Assembly (NCBI RefSeq): GCF_004010195.1
Contig: NC_057746.1
Location: forward strand, 34,631,086-34,695,085
Reading direction: 5' to 3'
Length of the DNA: 64,000 nt
Source: Chiloscyllium plagiosum
Taxonomy: Eukaryota
Positions 24,866 to 35,865 of the stretch are shown here, piece after piece. Position 1 is the stretch's first letter; each line of letters starts with the position of its first letter. A model generated the notes under the pieces. It saw only the letters and a program-made list of their open reading frames with translations, did not search any database and was not told where the DNA came from. Both the position numbers and the translations under genes were made by a program.

Positions 24866-25220
24866 GATGGAATCACAGCACAGGAGCAGGAGGAGTAGGC
24901 CACTCTGCCCATCCCAGCCCCTCCTGCTGGCCCACAGGAGGCGGCCACTCTGCCCATCCCAGCCCCTCCTGCTGGCCCACAGGACGCGGCCATTCCGCCC
25001 ATCCCAGCCCCTCCTGCTGGCCCACAGGAGGAGGTCACTCTGCCCATCCCAGCCCCTCCTGGTGGCCCACAGGAGGAGGTCACTCTGCCCATCCCAGTCA
25101 CTCCTGCTGGCCCATAGGAGGTGGCTACTCTGCCCATACCAGCCCCTCCTGCTGGCCCATAGGAGGCGGCCGATGAGGGAATCACAGCGCAGGAGCAGGA
25201 GGCCACTCTGCCCATCCCCG
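24866..25220 (-). repeat. 45 bp minisatellite in the NFKBIL1 3' UTR
   Basis: cactctgcccatcccagcccctcctgctggcccacaggag at 45 bp period, about 6-7 copies. Confidence 0.93.
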
Positions 25221-25239
25221 CCCTGTACTGTCCAGCCCA

Positions 25240-25778
25240 TCAGCGGGCACCGTCAGCCAGCCTGTTGAGGGCCTGGGACAGGGCAATGACAGTGTCCAGG
25301 ATCCTCTGGCGGTCAGCCTGTGCCAGGCGGTCCCCGCACCGCTGAGTGAAGCGGTCAGGGTGCCACATGACCTGCTGTCCCCTCAGGTAGCGGCGGTAGA
25401 CACCCGGATCTCCACGCTCCACCCCGTGCAGGATCACTGCCACCATCTCCTCCACTGTGCCTCTGGGAGCAGGCCAAGGGATGTCGCTGTAGCTCAGCGG
25501 GGTCCCGGTGCCCGGAGAGCCCTGACCGAAGATGTGGGCACAGCCTCGCTCATATCGCTGCTTGTGGCTAGCCGCCCGCTCCGTCTGGAGCCTCTGTGCC
25601 TGCTCCAGGTATCGCCGGTGTTCCTGCTCCTGCTGCTCCCACTCCTTCTCCTTGGCCCACTGCTCCCTGCTCCAGCTGTTCCCCGCCCCTCTGCATCGCT
25701 TCGCCGCATACTCCCTCGCCAGGCGGTCAGCCCAGGTATCGTACGTCTCAGGCTCCGCCTCTCCCGTGGACAGGTCCT
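25240..25778 (-). CDS. NFKBIL1: NFKBIL1 terminal coding exon
   Basis: ctgcag|AG; ETYDTWADRLAREY...SYSDIPWP...QQVMWHPDRFTQRCG...LSQALN, then TGA. Confidence 0.93.
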
Positions 25779-28700
25779 CTGCAGGAGAAGGAGAAGGAGG
25801 AATGGTGGGTCAGTACCTGTCCACCCCACCCACCACCCACCAGCATCCCACGCCCCACCCCCCCGACCCAACATTTCTACATCTCAGAGCCCAGGCTTCA
25901 GTGTCACTCTCATAACCCTCAAAACAACACACACACACACACAGGCAGACAGACACACACAGGCAGACAGACACACACAGGCAGACACACACACAGACAG
26001 GCAGACACACACACAGACAGGCAGACACACAGGCAGACACACACAGACACAGACTAAAAAAGAGCAGTCCAGCTGAGGAACCGGCCATTCGGCCCCTCCA
26101 AGCCTGTGCTGATCATCATGCCCTGACTGTACGAAACATCAAACCTCCTGCTCTTAAATCGGTCTTACAGATTAGATTCCCTACAGCGTGGAAACCTCCA
26201 AAGAGCAACCCACCCAGACCCATTCACCCCTGACTAATGCACCCAACTCTACGGGCAATTTAACATGGCCAATTCACCTGCCCTGCACATCTTTAGATTG
26301 TGGGAGGAAACCGGAGCACCCAGAGGAAACCCATGTAGACACGGGGAGTATGTCTGTGTGGAGTGTGCACAGTCGTCCAAGGCTGGAATCTGGGTCCCTG
26401 GTGCTGTGAGGCAGCCGTGCTAACCACTGAGCCACCATGCCGCCCCTGATTCGGTCCATATCCCTCTATTCCCCTCCCCCCTATTCAGGTGCCTCTGAAA
26501 TGTCCCCACCTGTTCCCACCCCCTCTTCAGGCAGTGTGTTCCAGCTCTCTGCGTGAAAAACCTCCCTCACAGTTAATGCTCTCGAGACCAGGCAGTGTCC
26601 TGGTGAACCCTCCCTGCACTCTCTCTCTCCCTCTCTCCCCAAAGTTTCCACCCCCTTCTGATTGTGTATCTGGCAGTGTAGCCCCAACCGAGTCAATCTC
26701 TCCTCCCAAGACAAGCCTCTCAGCTCCGAGATCAACCTCCTCTCTACACCCATCCTGTACAGATACACCCTTTCTCCAGTAAGGAGATCAAAAGGGGAAG
26801 GGAGAGTGGTGGGGGGGGGGGTTTCTCAAAATGTTGACCAGCCTGGAGCTCAGCACAGAGCAGGGGTGTTCAGTAATGCCTCTGCAGAAGGTGGGACACT
26901 CTGGCTTGCCCCCCCTCCTCGGTATCCAAGGCCCCGGGACACACCTTGCAGGGTGAAGCAGCTTTGCCTCTTGGCCATCCTCCTGCCTGGTCTGCAGTCT
27001 TCAGTGCCCAGACCTGGCTGCACCAGCCCCAGCTTTACTTGGTGAGACCGGGTGACCGCTCCGCACTAACACAGGTAACGTTTCAGATTGGGGAGGGGGG
27101 TGTCTTTATTCAGAACCGTGGGAGGATGGGAATGGAAGGGGGGGGTGGACGGAGGGGAAGAGACAGTGAGTGATGACAGGGACGGAGGACCCAGGATTTG
27201 GGAAGGTTCGGTACGGGACACGCTGAGAAGGGGGGTGGGGGGGTGGCAGGAATGCTGAGCTAACCACCTGCCTGGCGCAGGCCCAGGAGCACACAGCCAG
27301 GGAATGCTGGGAATTAACCCTCAGTAATACAGGTCTGGGGAGACACAGAGACCCCTTCAGCATCTCGGCTCTGAGGTTATCTCTAATGTTCACTCTCTTC
27401 CTCACCTCTCCTGCTTCGGTCTTGCTATCACTGCTATACTGCTTGGGTGTCCTTTTGAGAAAGGCGGACACACCTTTTTTAGTTTAGAATTTGCCAGGGG
27501 TCAGATGGAGAATGAGTGTGGAGAAGATGTTTACACCTGTGAGGGAGGAAGGCCAGAGCTAGTGATCTTCCACAGAGAGTACCCGCTGTTATTTCATAGA
27601 ACCCCTGCAGTGTGGAAACAGGCCCTTCAGCCCAACAGGTCCACACCGACCCTCCAAACCCATTCCCCCGCATTTTTCCCTGACTAATGCTCCTAACCAG
27701 CACATCCCTGGGCACTATGGGGCAATTTCCCATGGCCAATCCACCCTAACCTGCACATCCCTGGGCACTATGGGACAATTTCCCATGGCCAATCCACCCC
27801 AACCTGCACATCCCTGCACACTATGGGACAATTCCCCATGGCCAATCCACCCTAACCTGTACATCCCTCGGCACTATGGGACAATTTAACACAGAGGGTG
27901 GTACGTGTATGGAATGAGCTGCCAGAGGATGTGGTGGAGACTGGTACAATTGCAACATTTAAGAGGCATCTGGATGGGTATATGAATAGGAAGGGTTTGG
28001 AGGGATATGGGCCGGGTGCTGGCAGGTGGGACTAGATTGGGTTGGGATATCTGGTTGGCAAGGATGGGTTGGGCTGAAGGGTCTGAGAGACTCTCTGAGT
28101 GTGCAGCACAGCGTAGTTCTGAGCCTTTCCTCCCCCTGCTCCATTCTCCTCACCTTCATAGCGCCCACACTGGGTGTAGAACTCAGCCTCACATTCAGCA
28201 GAGAGCTTCTGGTACCACTCCCTGTCGGCTTGACCCTTGGCTGTCTCGTTCTCTTCCTCAGCCCCTGGACATTGCTGTGACATTGGAAGGAAACAGTTAG
28301 CCAGGGTGGATTTTCTCAATCAATCAATCAGCCAACGATCAACATGTGGTCACCCCCCACAGCACTGGCAATGCAAGTGCTACCCCATGTGATCACATGC
28401 TGGTGGACAATTGTGCGCACTGAGCGCAGACTTCACTGCAGCTACTGTAGAGCCAGCTGTAAAATACATGTTTGACACGTGTGAGATGGGGGTCACAGTT
28501 CAGCTGTCACCCTTGGTCACTTGCCTGTGTTTTACACACCCTCCTACAACTGGCATTAACAGGGGAACAGTGTGCACACTCACCCGGTTAAGCAGTGTGC
28601 CAGCACAGCGGTTATCTCACTGGCCTAGTGACCCAGGGACTGGGGTGAAAGAGCTACAGGATACATGAAGTGAATCCCACAGCAGCTGCAGCTTGGAGGG

Positions 28701-31700
28701 GGCACAGAGATCTCAGACTACTGGAAAGCTTAAAGACAACTGCAGAGCTGGAGAGAGAATGATTGGAATACAAGGGGCTGCCGGCGGGGGGGGGGGGAAG
28801 AAAGAGGAGGAAGCTTTAAGCTTGGGGCATTGCTGAACAACGGAGGTTTACAAACACTGCAGCGACAGGGACTTGTTGTCGGTTTGAGCTGTTGATGGGT
28901 TTAGGGCACTCCCCTTTCGGCAGAGCAAACTACCAGGCTGGCCCACACGTGACTCCAGACCCACAGCCACGGAGTTGGCCCCCCGAGCTGGAGATTTATT
29001 AGGAACGGGCAACAACAAATGCCGGCCAAGCCCAGGATGCCGACATCTCAGAACCAGGCAAACGATTGGGTTGGAGCTAATCCACCCAGAGGCTGGGATC
29101 TGCACGGAAACCAAATGCTGGGGATGACGGTGGGCCAGGCAGTATCCACGGAGAGAGAGCTAGCTAACGTCCTAGCTAGGATGACTCCTAGCTGGGTCTT
29201 GCAATGCCTCTCACTCGTGCCTCGTGCCTATTTTCCTCATTAAAACAGGAAGCTGTCTTGTTGCTGGATGTGTAGGAGTTGAACAAGGGAACAGATTTGG
29301 GGGGTTGCTCACTTGGAGAATGGGAACACCAGCCACAGCCATGCTGACTGGAAAACAGATCTCTGCTCCTTCAATGATGCTGTGCCAGGAATACCCTTCC
29401 AGACGGTGCTGTGGGGGGGGTCCCCACACCCCAAAGCCTGCAGCCATTTGATGAGGAGACTCAGCATTACCTTCTCAAGGGACAGCCAGTACACGCTGTC
29501 CCAGCCAACAACGCACACGCTCCCCACAAACCAATGATTAAAATAAAACCCACCAACTGACAGTTCAGCTCAAAGTCCAGCCGGTGATGGAGTTGCTGAT
29601 ATCGGAATACCGTTAAGGTGGAAGGGAGCAGAGGGAAGCCAGGAACCAGCAGTTACCTGCCGCATCTTCATCGACCCGAGCAGGTCTCCAGGAGTGAGGC
29701 CTTCCCTGTTGAGCACATCCATAGCCGCTGGGCAAGACTTCCTGAGGGGGACAACCAGATCCTCATAGACTGGAGAGAAGCAGAGTGGCCACAGTTAGAC
29801 ACCAAAGCTCCTCACTGCCTGGCTCAGACATCAACACATGGCTCACAGGGCAACATCTGCTTCCAGCTCATAGAACAGTCAAAGGCAGGCTGCAGGGGAA
29901 ACAGGCGGCTATCCAAATGTACCTGATAAGGTCAGGGCAGAGGGAGCTTTACTCTGTATCTGACCCCATACTGTCCCAGTCCTGGGAGTGCTTGATTGAG
30001 GGGCTGGGGGGGGGGGGGGGTGGAAACAGTGTAGAAAATAGAAGATCAGAGAGCATTCCAGCGCAGTACAGGCCCTTCAGCCCTCGATGTTGCACCAACC
30101 TGTGGAACTGATCTGAAGCCCGTCTAACCTACACTATTCCATTCTCATCCATATGTTTATCCAATGACCATTCAAATGTCCTTAAAGTTGTCAAGTCTAC
30201 TACTGTTGCAGGCAGGCCATTCCACGCCCCTCCTACTCTCTGAGTCAAGAAACTAATCTCTGACATCTGTCCTATATCTATCACCCCTCAATTTAAAGCT
30301 ATGTCCCCTCGTGCTAGCCATCACCATCCAAGGAAATCTCAATTAAGTCACCTCTCAACCTTCTTCTCTCTAACAAAAGCAGCCTCAAGTCCCTCAGCCT
30401 TTCCTTGTAAGACCTCCTCTCCATACCAGGCAACATCCCAGGAAATCTCCTCGACATCCTTTCCAAAGCTTCCACATCCTTCCTACAAAGCAGTGACCAG
30501 AACCGTCCGCAATGCTCCAAGTGCGGCAGCACCAGAGTTTTCTACAGCTGCAGCATGACCTTGTGGCTCTGAAACTCAATCCCTCAGCCAATAAAAGCTA
30601 ACACACTGTACGCCTTCTTAACAACCTTATCAATCTGGGTGGCAACTTTTAGGGATCTATATACATGGATACCGAGATCTCTCTGTTCATGGCCACTACC
30701 AAGAATCTTACCATTAGCCCAGTACTCTGCATTCCTGTTACTCCTTCCAGAGTGAATCACCTCACAATTTTCTGCATTAAACTCCATTTGCCACCTCTCA
30801 GCCCAGCTCTGCAGCTTATCTATGTCCCTCTGTAACCTACAACATCCTTTGGCACTATCCACAGCTCTATCAACCTGAGTGTCATCTGCAAATTTACTAA
30901 CCCACCCTTCTATGCCCTCATTCAGGTGGCCCCTTGCAGTACATCACTAGTAACTGTGCTCCAGGATGAATATTTCCCATCAGCCACCACTCCCTGTCTT
31001 CTTTCAGCCAGACAATTTCTGATCCAAACCGCTAAATCCCCCACAATCCCCCATGCCTCCGTATATTGTGCAATAGCCTATCGTGGGGAACCTTATCAAA
31101 CACCTTACTGAAATCCATATACACCACATCAACCGCTTTACCCTCATCCACCTGTTTGGTCACCATCTCAAAGAGCTCAATAAGGCATGACCTACCCTTC
31201 ACAAAACCGTGCTGACTATCCCTAATCAACTTATTCCTTTCTAGATGATTATAAATCCTGTCTTTTCTAACCTTTACCAACACTTTACTGACAACTGAAG
31301 TAAGGCTCACTGGCCTATAATTACCGGGGTTGTCTCTACTCCCCTTCTTGAACAAGGGGACAACATTTGCTATCCTCCAGTCTTCTGGCACTATTCTTGT
31401 CGACAACGATGACATCAAGATCAAAGCCAAAGGCTCTGCAATCTCCGCTTTGACTTCCCAGAGAATCCTCAGATAAATCCCATCTGGCCCAGGAGACTTA
31501 CCTATTCTCACACTTTCCAGAATTGCTAACACCTTCTCCTTCTGAACGTCAATCCTGTCTAGCATAGTAGCTTGTATCTCAGTATTCTCCTCAACAACAT
31601 TGTCGTTTTCCAGTGTGAATACCGACAAAAAACATTCATTTAGCACTTCCCCTATCTCCTCTGACTCCACACACAACTGCCTACTACTGGCCTTGATTGG

Positions 31701-33290
31701 CCCCAATCTTACTCTAGTCATTCTTTTATTCCTGATATACCTATCGAAGGCCTTAGGGTTGTCCTTGAGCTTATCCGCCAACGACATCTCATGTCCTCTC
31801 CTGGTTCTTCTTCGCCCTCTCTTTAGGTTTTTCCAGGCTAACATAACTCTCATGTGCCCTAACTGAGCCTTCACATCTCATCCTCACATAAGCCTCTTCC
31901 TTCCTTGTGTAGAGGCAGCTTTACTCTGTATCTAACATTGTGCTATCCCGGTCCTGGGAGTGTTGATGGGGGGGGGTTGCAGTGTAGAGGGCAAGGATGG
32001 AGTGTTAGCCTGCCTGTTTGGGGGTGTCCTGTCCTGGGAGTGTTGATGGGGGAGGGGGGAGACAGTGTAGAGGCAGTGTTCCCTCCCCGTGTACAGAGGG
32101 AGTGTTAGCCTGCCTGTTTGGGAGTGTCCCTGTCCTGGGAGTGTTGATGGGGAGGGGGGAAACAGTGTAGAGGCAGTTTTCCCTCCCTGTGTACAGAGAG
32201 AGTGTTAGCCTGCCTGTTTGGGGGTGTCCCTGTCCTGGGAGTGTTGATGAGGAGAGGGGAGGGAGTTTTTCCTCCCCATGTACAGAGGGAGGGTTAGCCT
32301 GCCTGTTTGGGGGTGTCCCTGTCCTGGGAGTGTTGATGAGGAGAGGGGAGGGAGTTTTTCCTCCCCATTGGGAGTGTTGATGAGGAGGGGGGGGGAAACA
32401 GTGTAGAGGCAGTTTTCCCTCCCCGTGTAAGGATGGAGTGTTAGCCTGCCTGTTTGGGGGTGTCCCTGTCCTGGGAGTGTTGATGGCGGGGGACAGTGTA
32501 GAGGGAGTTTTAGCCTGCCTGTTTGGGGGTGCCCCTGTCCTGGGAGTGTTGTTCTGGAGGAGGGAGGGGGGAGAGACAGTGTAGAGGAAGTTTTCCCTCC
32601 CCGTGTACAGGGTAAGGATGGAGTGTTAGCCTGCCTGTTTGGGGGTGTCCCTGTCCTGGGAGTGTTGATGAGGAGAGGGGAGGGAGACAACATAGAGGGA
32701 GTTTTTCCTCCCCATGTACAGAGGGAGGGTTAGCCTGCCTGTTTGGGGGTGTCCCTGTCCTGGGAGTGTTGATGAGGAGAGGGGAGGGAGACAGCACAGA
32801 GGGAGTTTTTCCTCCCCATGTACAGAGGGAGGGTTAGTCTGCCTGTTTGGGGGTGTCTCTGTCCTGGGAGTGTTGATGAGGGGGGTGGCGGGGAAGACAG
32901 CGTAGAGGGAGTTTTCCCTCCCCGTGTACAGAGGGAGTGTTAGCCTGCTGTTTGATGGGTGTCCCTGGCCTGATGGTGATCTCCCCTGCTGAGCTGTGTG
33001 AGCAGAGGTTGCTCCTTACCTCTGGTTCCTCTCTTCACTGCCTGGCGGGCAGCAAGGTGCAGTGGGGTATTGCCCCTGTGGTCCTGGAGTAGGGGGTCTG
33101 CTCCGTGTTGCAGGAGCAGCCTGGTGATAGCGTCGTCTCTCTGGGAGCAGGCCACATGGAGTGGGCTTCGGCCCTTCCGTCCCCTGAACGTCACTGACAG
33201 CCCGTGGTGTCTGCGCAGGTAGGACTTCACCTTCAGCACATTGCCATCCTCCACATAGCGCAGTAACCTCTCCTGCTTCCGAGAAACCAT
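25240..33290 (-). CDS. NFKBIL1: NF-kappa-B inhibitor-like protein 1, 4 coding exons, 347 aa
   Basis: Exons 33290-33020, 29769-29657, 28274-28154, 25778-25240. GT-AG, phases 1/0/1, total 1044 nt. Ankyrin repeats (SPLHVAC, GNTPLHLAA), CPAAMDVLNREGLTPGDLL, WADRLAREY, DIPWP and QQVMWHPDRF are NFKBIL1 signatures. Confidence 0.93.
26168..26445 (-). mobile_element. HE1-type SINE
   Basis: Head ggcggcatggtggctcagtggttagcacggctgcctcac on -, same body as the other copies. Confidence 0.85.
27595..28085. mobile_element. SINE fragment with 53 bp repeats joined to a CR1/HER1 3' end
   Basis: About 3.5 copies of the 53-mer, then acacagagggtggtacgtgtatggaatgagctgcc CR1 tail. Confidence 0.8.
28154..28274 (-). 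CDS. NFKBIL1: NFKBIL1 coding exon 3
   Basis: tcacag|CAA...GAAG|gtgagg; DREWYQKLSAECEAEFYTQCGRYE. Confidence 0.88.
29657..29769 (-). CDS. NFKBIL1: NFKBIL1 coding exon 2
   Basis: ctccag|TC...CAG|gtaact; YEDLVVPLRKSCPAAMDVLNREGLTPGDLL. Confidence 0.9.
30050..31905 (-). mobile_element. CR1/HER1-like LINE, degenerate reverse transcriptase, in the NFKBIL1 intron
   Basis: KSPGPDGI, WRIANVVPLFKKG, NYRPVSLTS, QHGFVKGRSCL, VDVVYMDFSKVFDKVPH, WQMEFN; frameshifts and deletions. Confidence 0.93.
31907..32965 (+). repeat. Degenerate ~100 bp tandem repeat
   Basis: gttagcctgcctgtttgggggtgtccctgtcctgggagtgttgatg recurs about 10 times; related monomer at 29940-30035. Confidence 0.9.
33020..33290 (-). CDS. 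NFKBIL1: NFKBIL1 coding exon 1 (ankyrin repeats)
   Basis: gccATGG start; upstream acceptor (branch-like cactgac, pyrimidine tract, ccag|) with exon starting at 33312; donor G|gtaagg. Confidence 0.92.
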
Positions 33291-34237
33291 GGCAATGGCA
33301 GCGACGATGACCCTGGCCAGTACCACAAACAAAAAGGTCAGTGAGGCTCCTCATGGACTATCCCAGACAGCGGGAACAATCAGCAACGGGATCCGGGCAT
33401 ACCCGGACACAGCACACCGACAAAACTCCCAGACAGCTTCCTCGCTACGGGAGAGGCACCGATCCCCCGGGATCACCAATCCTTTTATTCCCTGATCTCT
33501 ACAATATCCAGAAACCTCTCGATTTGTCTCTGGAACATACAGGTATTTCTTCCAGAACGCGACAGATGCGTTGCTGTCCAACTCCGCACTATACAAAAGT
33601 TACGCATTACGAATACACTAAAAGACTTGGTGATGTAAGTGCGTTACAGCCAACACACACTTTAAAAGTTCACGCTTTAGAAACAGCATTCCCTCTTCAC
33701 CTGATGGCGTAACCCGCATTAACAAAAGACCCGTTACAGCAGAACTACCTGTACTGCAAGACTGACCATTCACTGCCTTCTCTGCTGGAGAGGACTTCAG
33801 ACTGAGATGAAGAGGAATTTCTTCTGTCTGAGGATGGAGAGTCTCACTGCCACAGAGGGCTGAGGGGACAGAGTCCTGAAGGCTGAGATCGAGAGATTCC
33901 TGATCAGTCAGAGAAACCGAAGGAACGGGCAAGGAAGGAGGCAGGAGGAATGTCGAATCAGCTCCGATCCCATTCAGTGACTGAATGGCCTGCTGCTCTT
34001 CCTGTGTCTTACGGTTAAAATCCCAAGGATTCATCTGCCTCCCAGTGAACAAGGACCGGGAATAGCTGCCCATTTGAAGATAGGAATGGGAGGAATTTCT
34101 TCTCTCTCTGAAGGGAGTGAATTTGTGGGAATCCCTACAGCAGATGACTGTTGGGGTATTGACTATATTCAAGGCAGAGATAGAGAGAAAGAGACTCCAC
34201 AGCCACAACAATGAGGTTGACTCTCTTAACTGTCATG

Positions 34238-34385
34238 GAGGAGAAAGTGAGGACTGCAGATGCTGGAGATCAGAGCTGAAAATGTGTTGCTGGAAAAGCG
34301 CAGCAGGTCAGGCAGCATCCAAGGAGCAGGAGAATTTTCAGGAATTCCTGAAGAAGGGATTATGCCCGAAACGTCGATTCTCCTG
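34238..34385. mobile_element. Short Penelope-terminal-derived insertion with 16 bp target site duplication
   Basis: tctcttaactgtcatg at 34222-34237 and 34386-34401. Confidence 0.85.
34342..34380 (+). ncRNA. Minimal type I hammerhead ribozyme motif (Penelope-derived)
   Basis: gaattc-CTGAAGA-a-GGGattatgCCC-GAAA-CGTC-gattc; GUC cleavage triplet. Confidence 0.6.
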
Positions 34386-34409
34386 TCTCTTAACTGTCAT
34401 GCCTAGATG

Positions 34410-35414
34410 AGGGGTTCAGGGGTAACTGGAAGTGGGTCATGTCTGGGTGAGTGGGGGTTAAGGGGTAAGAGGAAGTGGGCCATGTCTGGCAGAGGAAGGG
34501 TAACCAAAAGTGGGTCATGTCTGGGTGAGGGGGGTAACGAAAAGTGGGTCATGTCTGGGTGAGGAAGTAACAGGAAGTGGGTCATGTCCGGGTGAGGGGG
34601 GTAACCGGAAGTGGGTCATGTCCGGGTGAGGGGGTAACCGGAAGTGGGTCATGTCTGGGTGAGGGGGTAACCGGAAGTGAGTCATGTCCGGGTGAGGGTA
34701 ACCGGAAGTGGGTCATGTCCGGGTGAGGGGAGTAACCAGAAGTGAGTCATGTCCGGGTGAGGGTAACCGGAAGTGGGTCATGTCCGGGTGAGGGGAGTAA
34801 CCAGAAGTGAGTCATGTCCGGGTGAGGGTAACCGGAAGTGGGTCATGTCCGGGTGAGGGGAGTAACCAGAAGTGAGTCATGTCCGGGTGAGGGTAACCGG
34901 AAGTGGGTCATGTCCGGGTGAGGGGAGTAACCAGAAGTGAGTCATGTCCGGGTGAGGGTAACCGGAAGTGGGTCATGTCCGGGTGAGGGGAGTAACCAGA
35001 AGTGAGTCATGTCCGGGTGAGGGTAACCGGAAGTGGGTCATGTCCGGGTGAGGGGAGTAACCAGAAGTGAGTCATGTCCGGGTGAGGGTAACCGGAAGTG
35101 GGTCATGTCCGGGTGAGGGGAGTAACCAGAAGTGAGTCATGTCCGGGTGAGGGTAACCGGAAGTGGGTCATGTCCGGGTGAGGGGAGTAACCAGAAGTGA
35201 GTCATGTCCGGGTGAGGGTAACCGGAAGTGGGTCATGTCCGGGTGAGGGGAGTAACCAGAAGTGAGTCATGTCCGGGTGAGGGTAACCGGAAGTGGGTCA
35301 TGTCCGGGTGAGGGGAGTAACCAGAAGTGAGTCATGTCCGGGTGAGGGTAACCGGAAGTGGGTCATGTCCGGGTGAGGGGAGTAACCAGAAGTGAGTCAT
35401 GTCCGGGTGAGGGT
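34410..35414 (+). repeat. Minisatellite of 31/34 bp units forming a 65 bp dimer, rich in ETS and AP-1 motifs
   Basis: ACCGGAAGTG at exact 65 bp period from 34701 to 35351; TGAGTCA in alternate units. Confidence 0.97.
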
Positions 35415-35865
35415 AGCGTGGGGCGGGGAATCGACGACGGGCGGCTCCGGTATGTGTTTGTGTGTGGGGTGGGAGGGGGGGTGGGAGAGAAGGGGGCGCG
35501 CGGTGCCTGACGGTAAATGTAGTCGTGATGTGACGTACATGGCGGCGGCGGCTGCTGCTACGGCGCGGTGTCCGACGGTAAATGCAGTCGTGAGGTGATC
35601 CCCCGGACGTGACGTACGGCCGACGGTAAATGTAGTCCGAGCGGGTGGGTGGCCGGCCGGAAGTGACGGCGGTTGCGAGTCCGCAAGCCGCCGTGCGCAG
35701 GCGCGGTGCCATCACATCTCTCCCTCCCCCCCATTCCAGGGAAGCAGGGCCACGTTTGATAGTGTCTGTCCTCCTCCACATCAACCCAAATCCCACACAC
35801 GGCCTGCCGACTCCCGGGACACAGGTCAGACACCTCTCCGCGCCGCCGCTGCCGCCGCCCTGATT
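35415..35865. promoter_or_regulatory. CpG island, probable bidirectional NFKBIL1/CSNK2B promoter
   Basis: Densest non-repeat CpG stretch between the two divergent genes. Three GACTRCATTTACC motifs on - (35512, 35577, 35625; ACTACAnnTCCC-like), GTGACGTAC x2, YY1-like ACATGGCGGC, ETS-CRE CCGGAAGTGACG at 35657, candidate + donor acag|gtcaga at 35824. Confidence 0.75.

Noticed and set aside
32940-33332. Ankyrin gene as GPANK1, the human head-to-head partner of CSNK2B
   Set aside because: No G-patch; downstream exons carry NFKBIL1-specific motifs.
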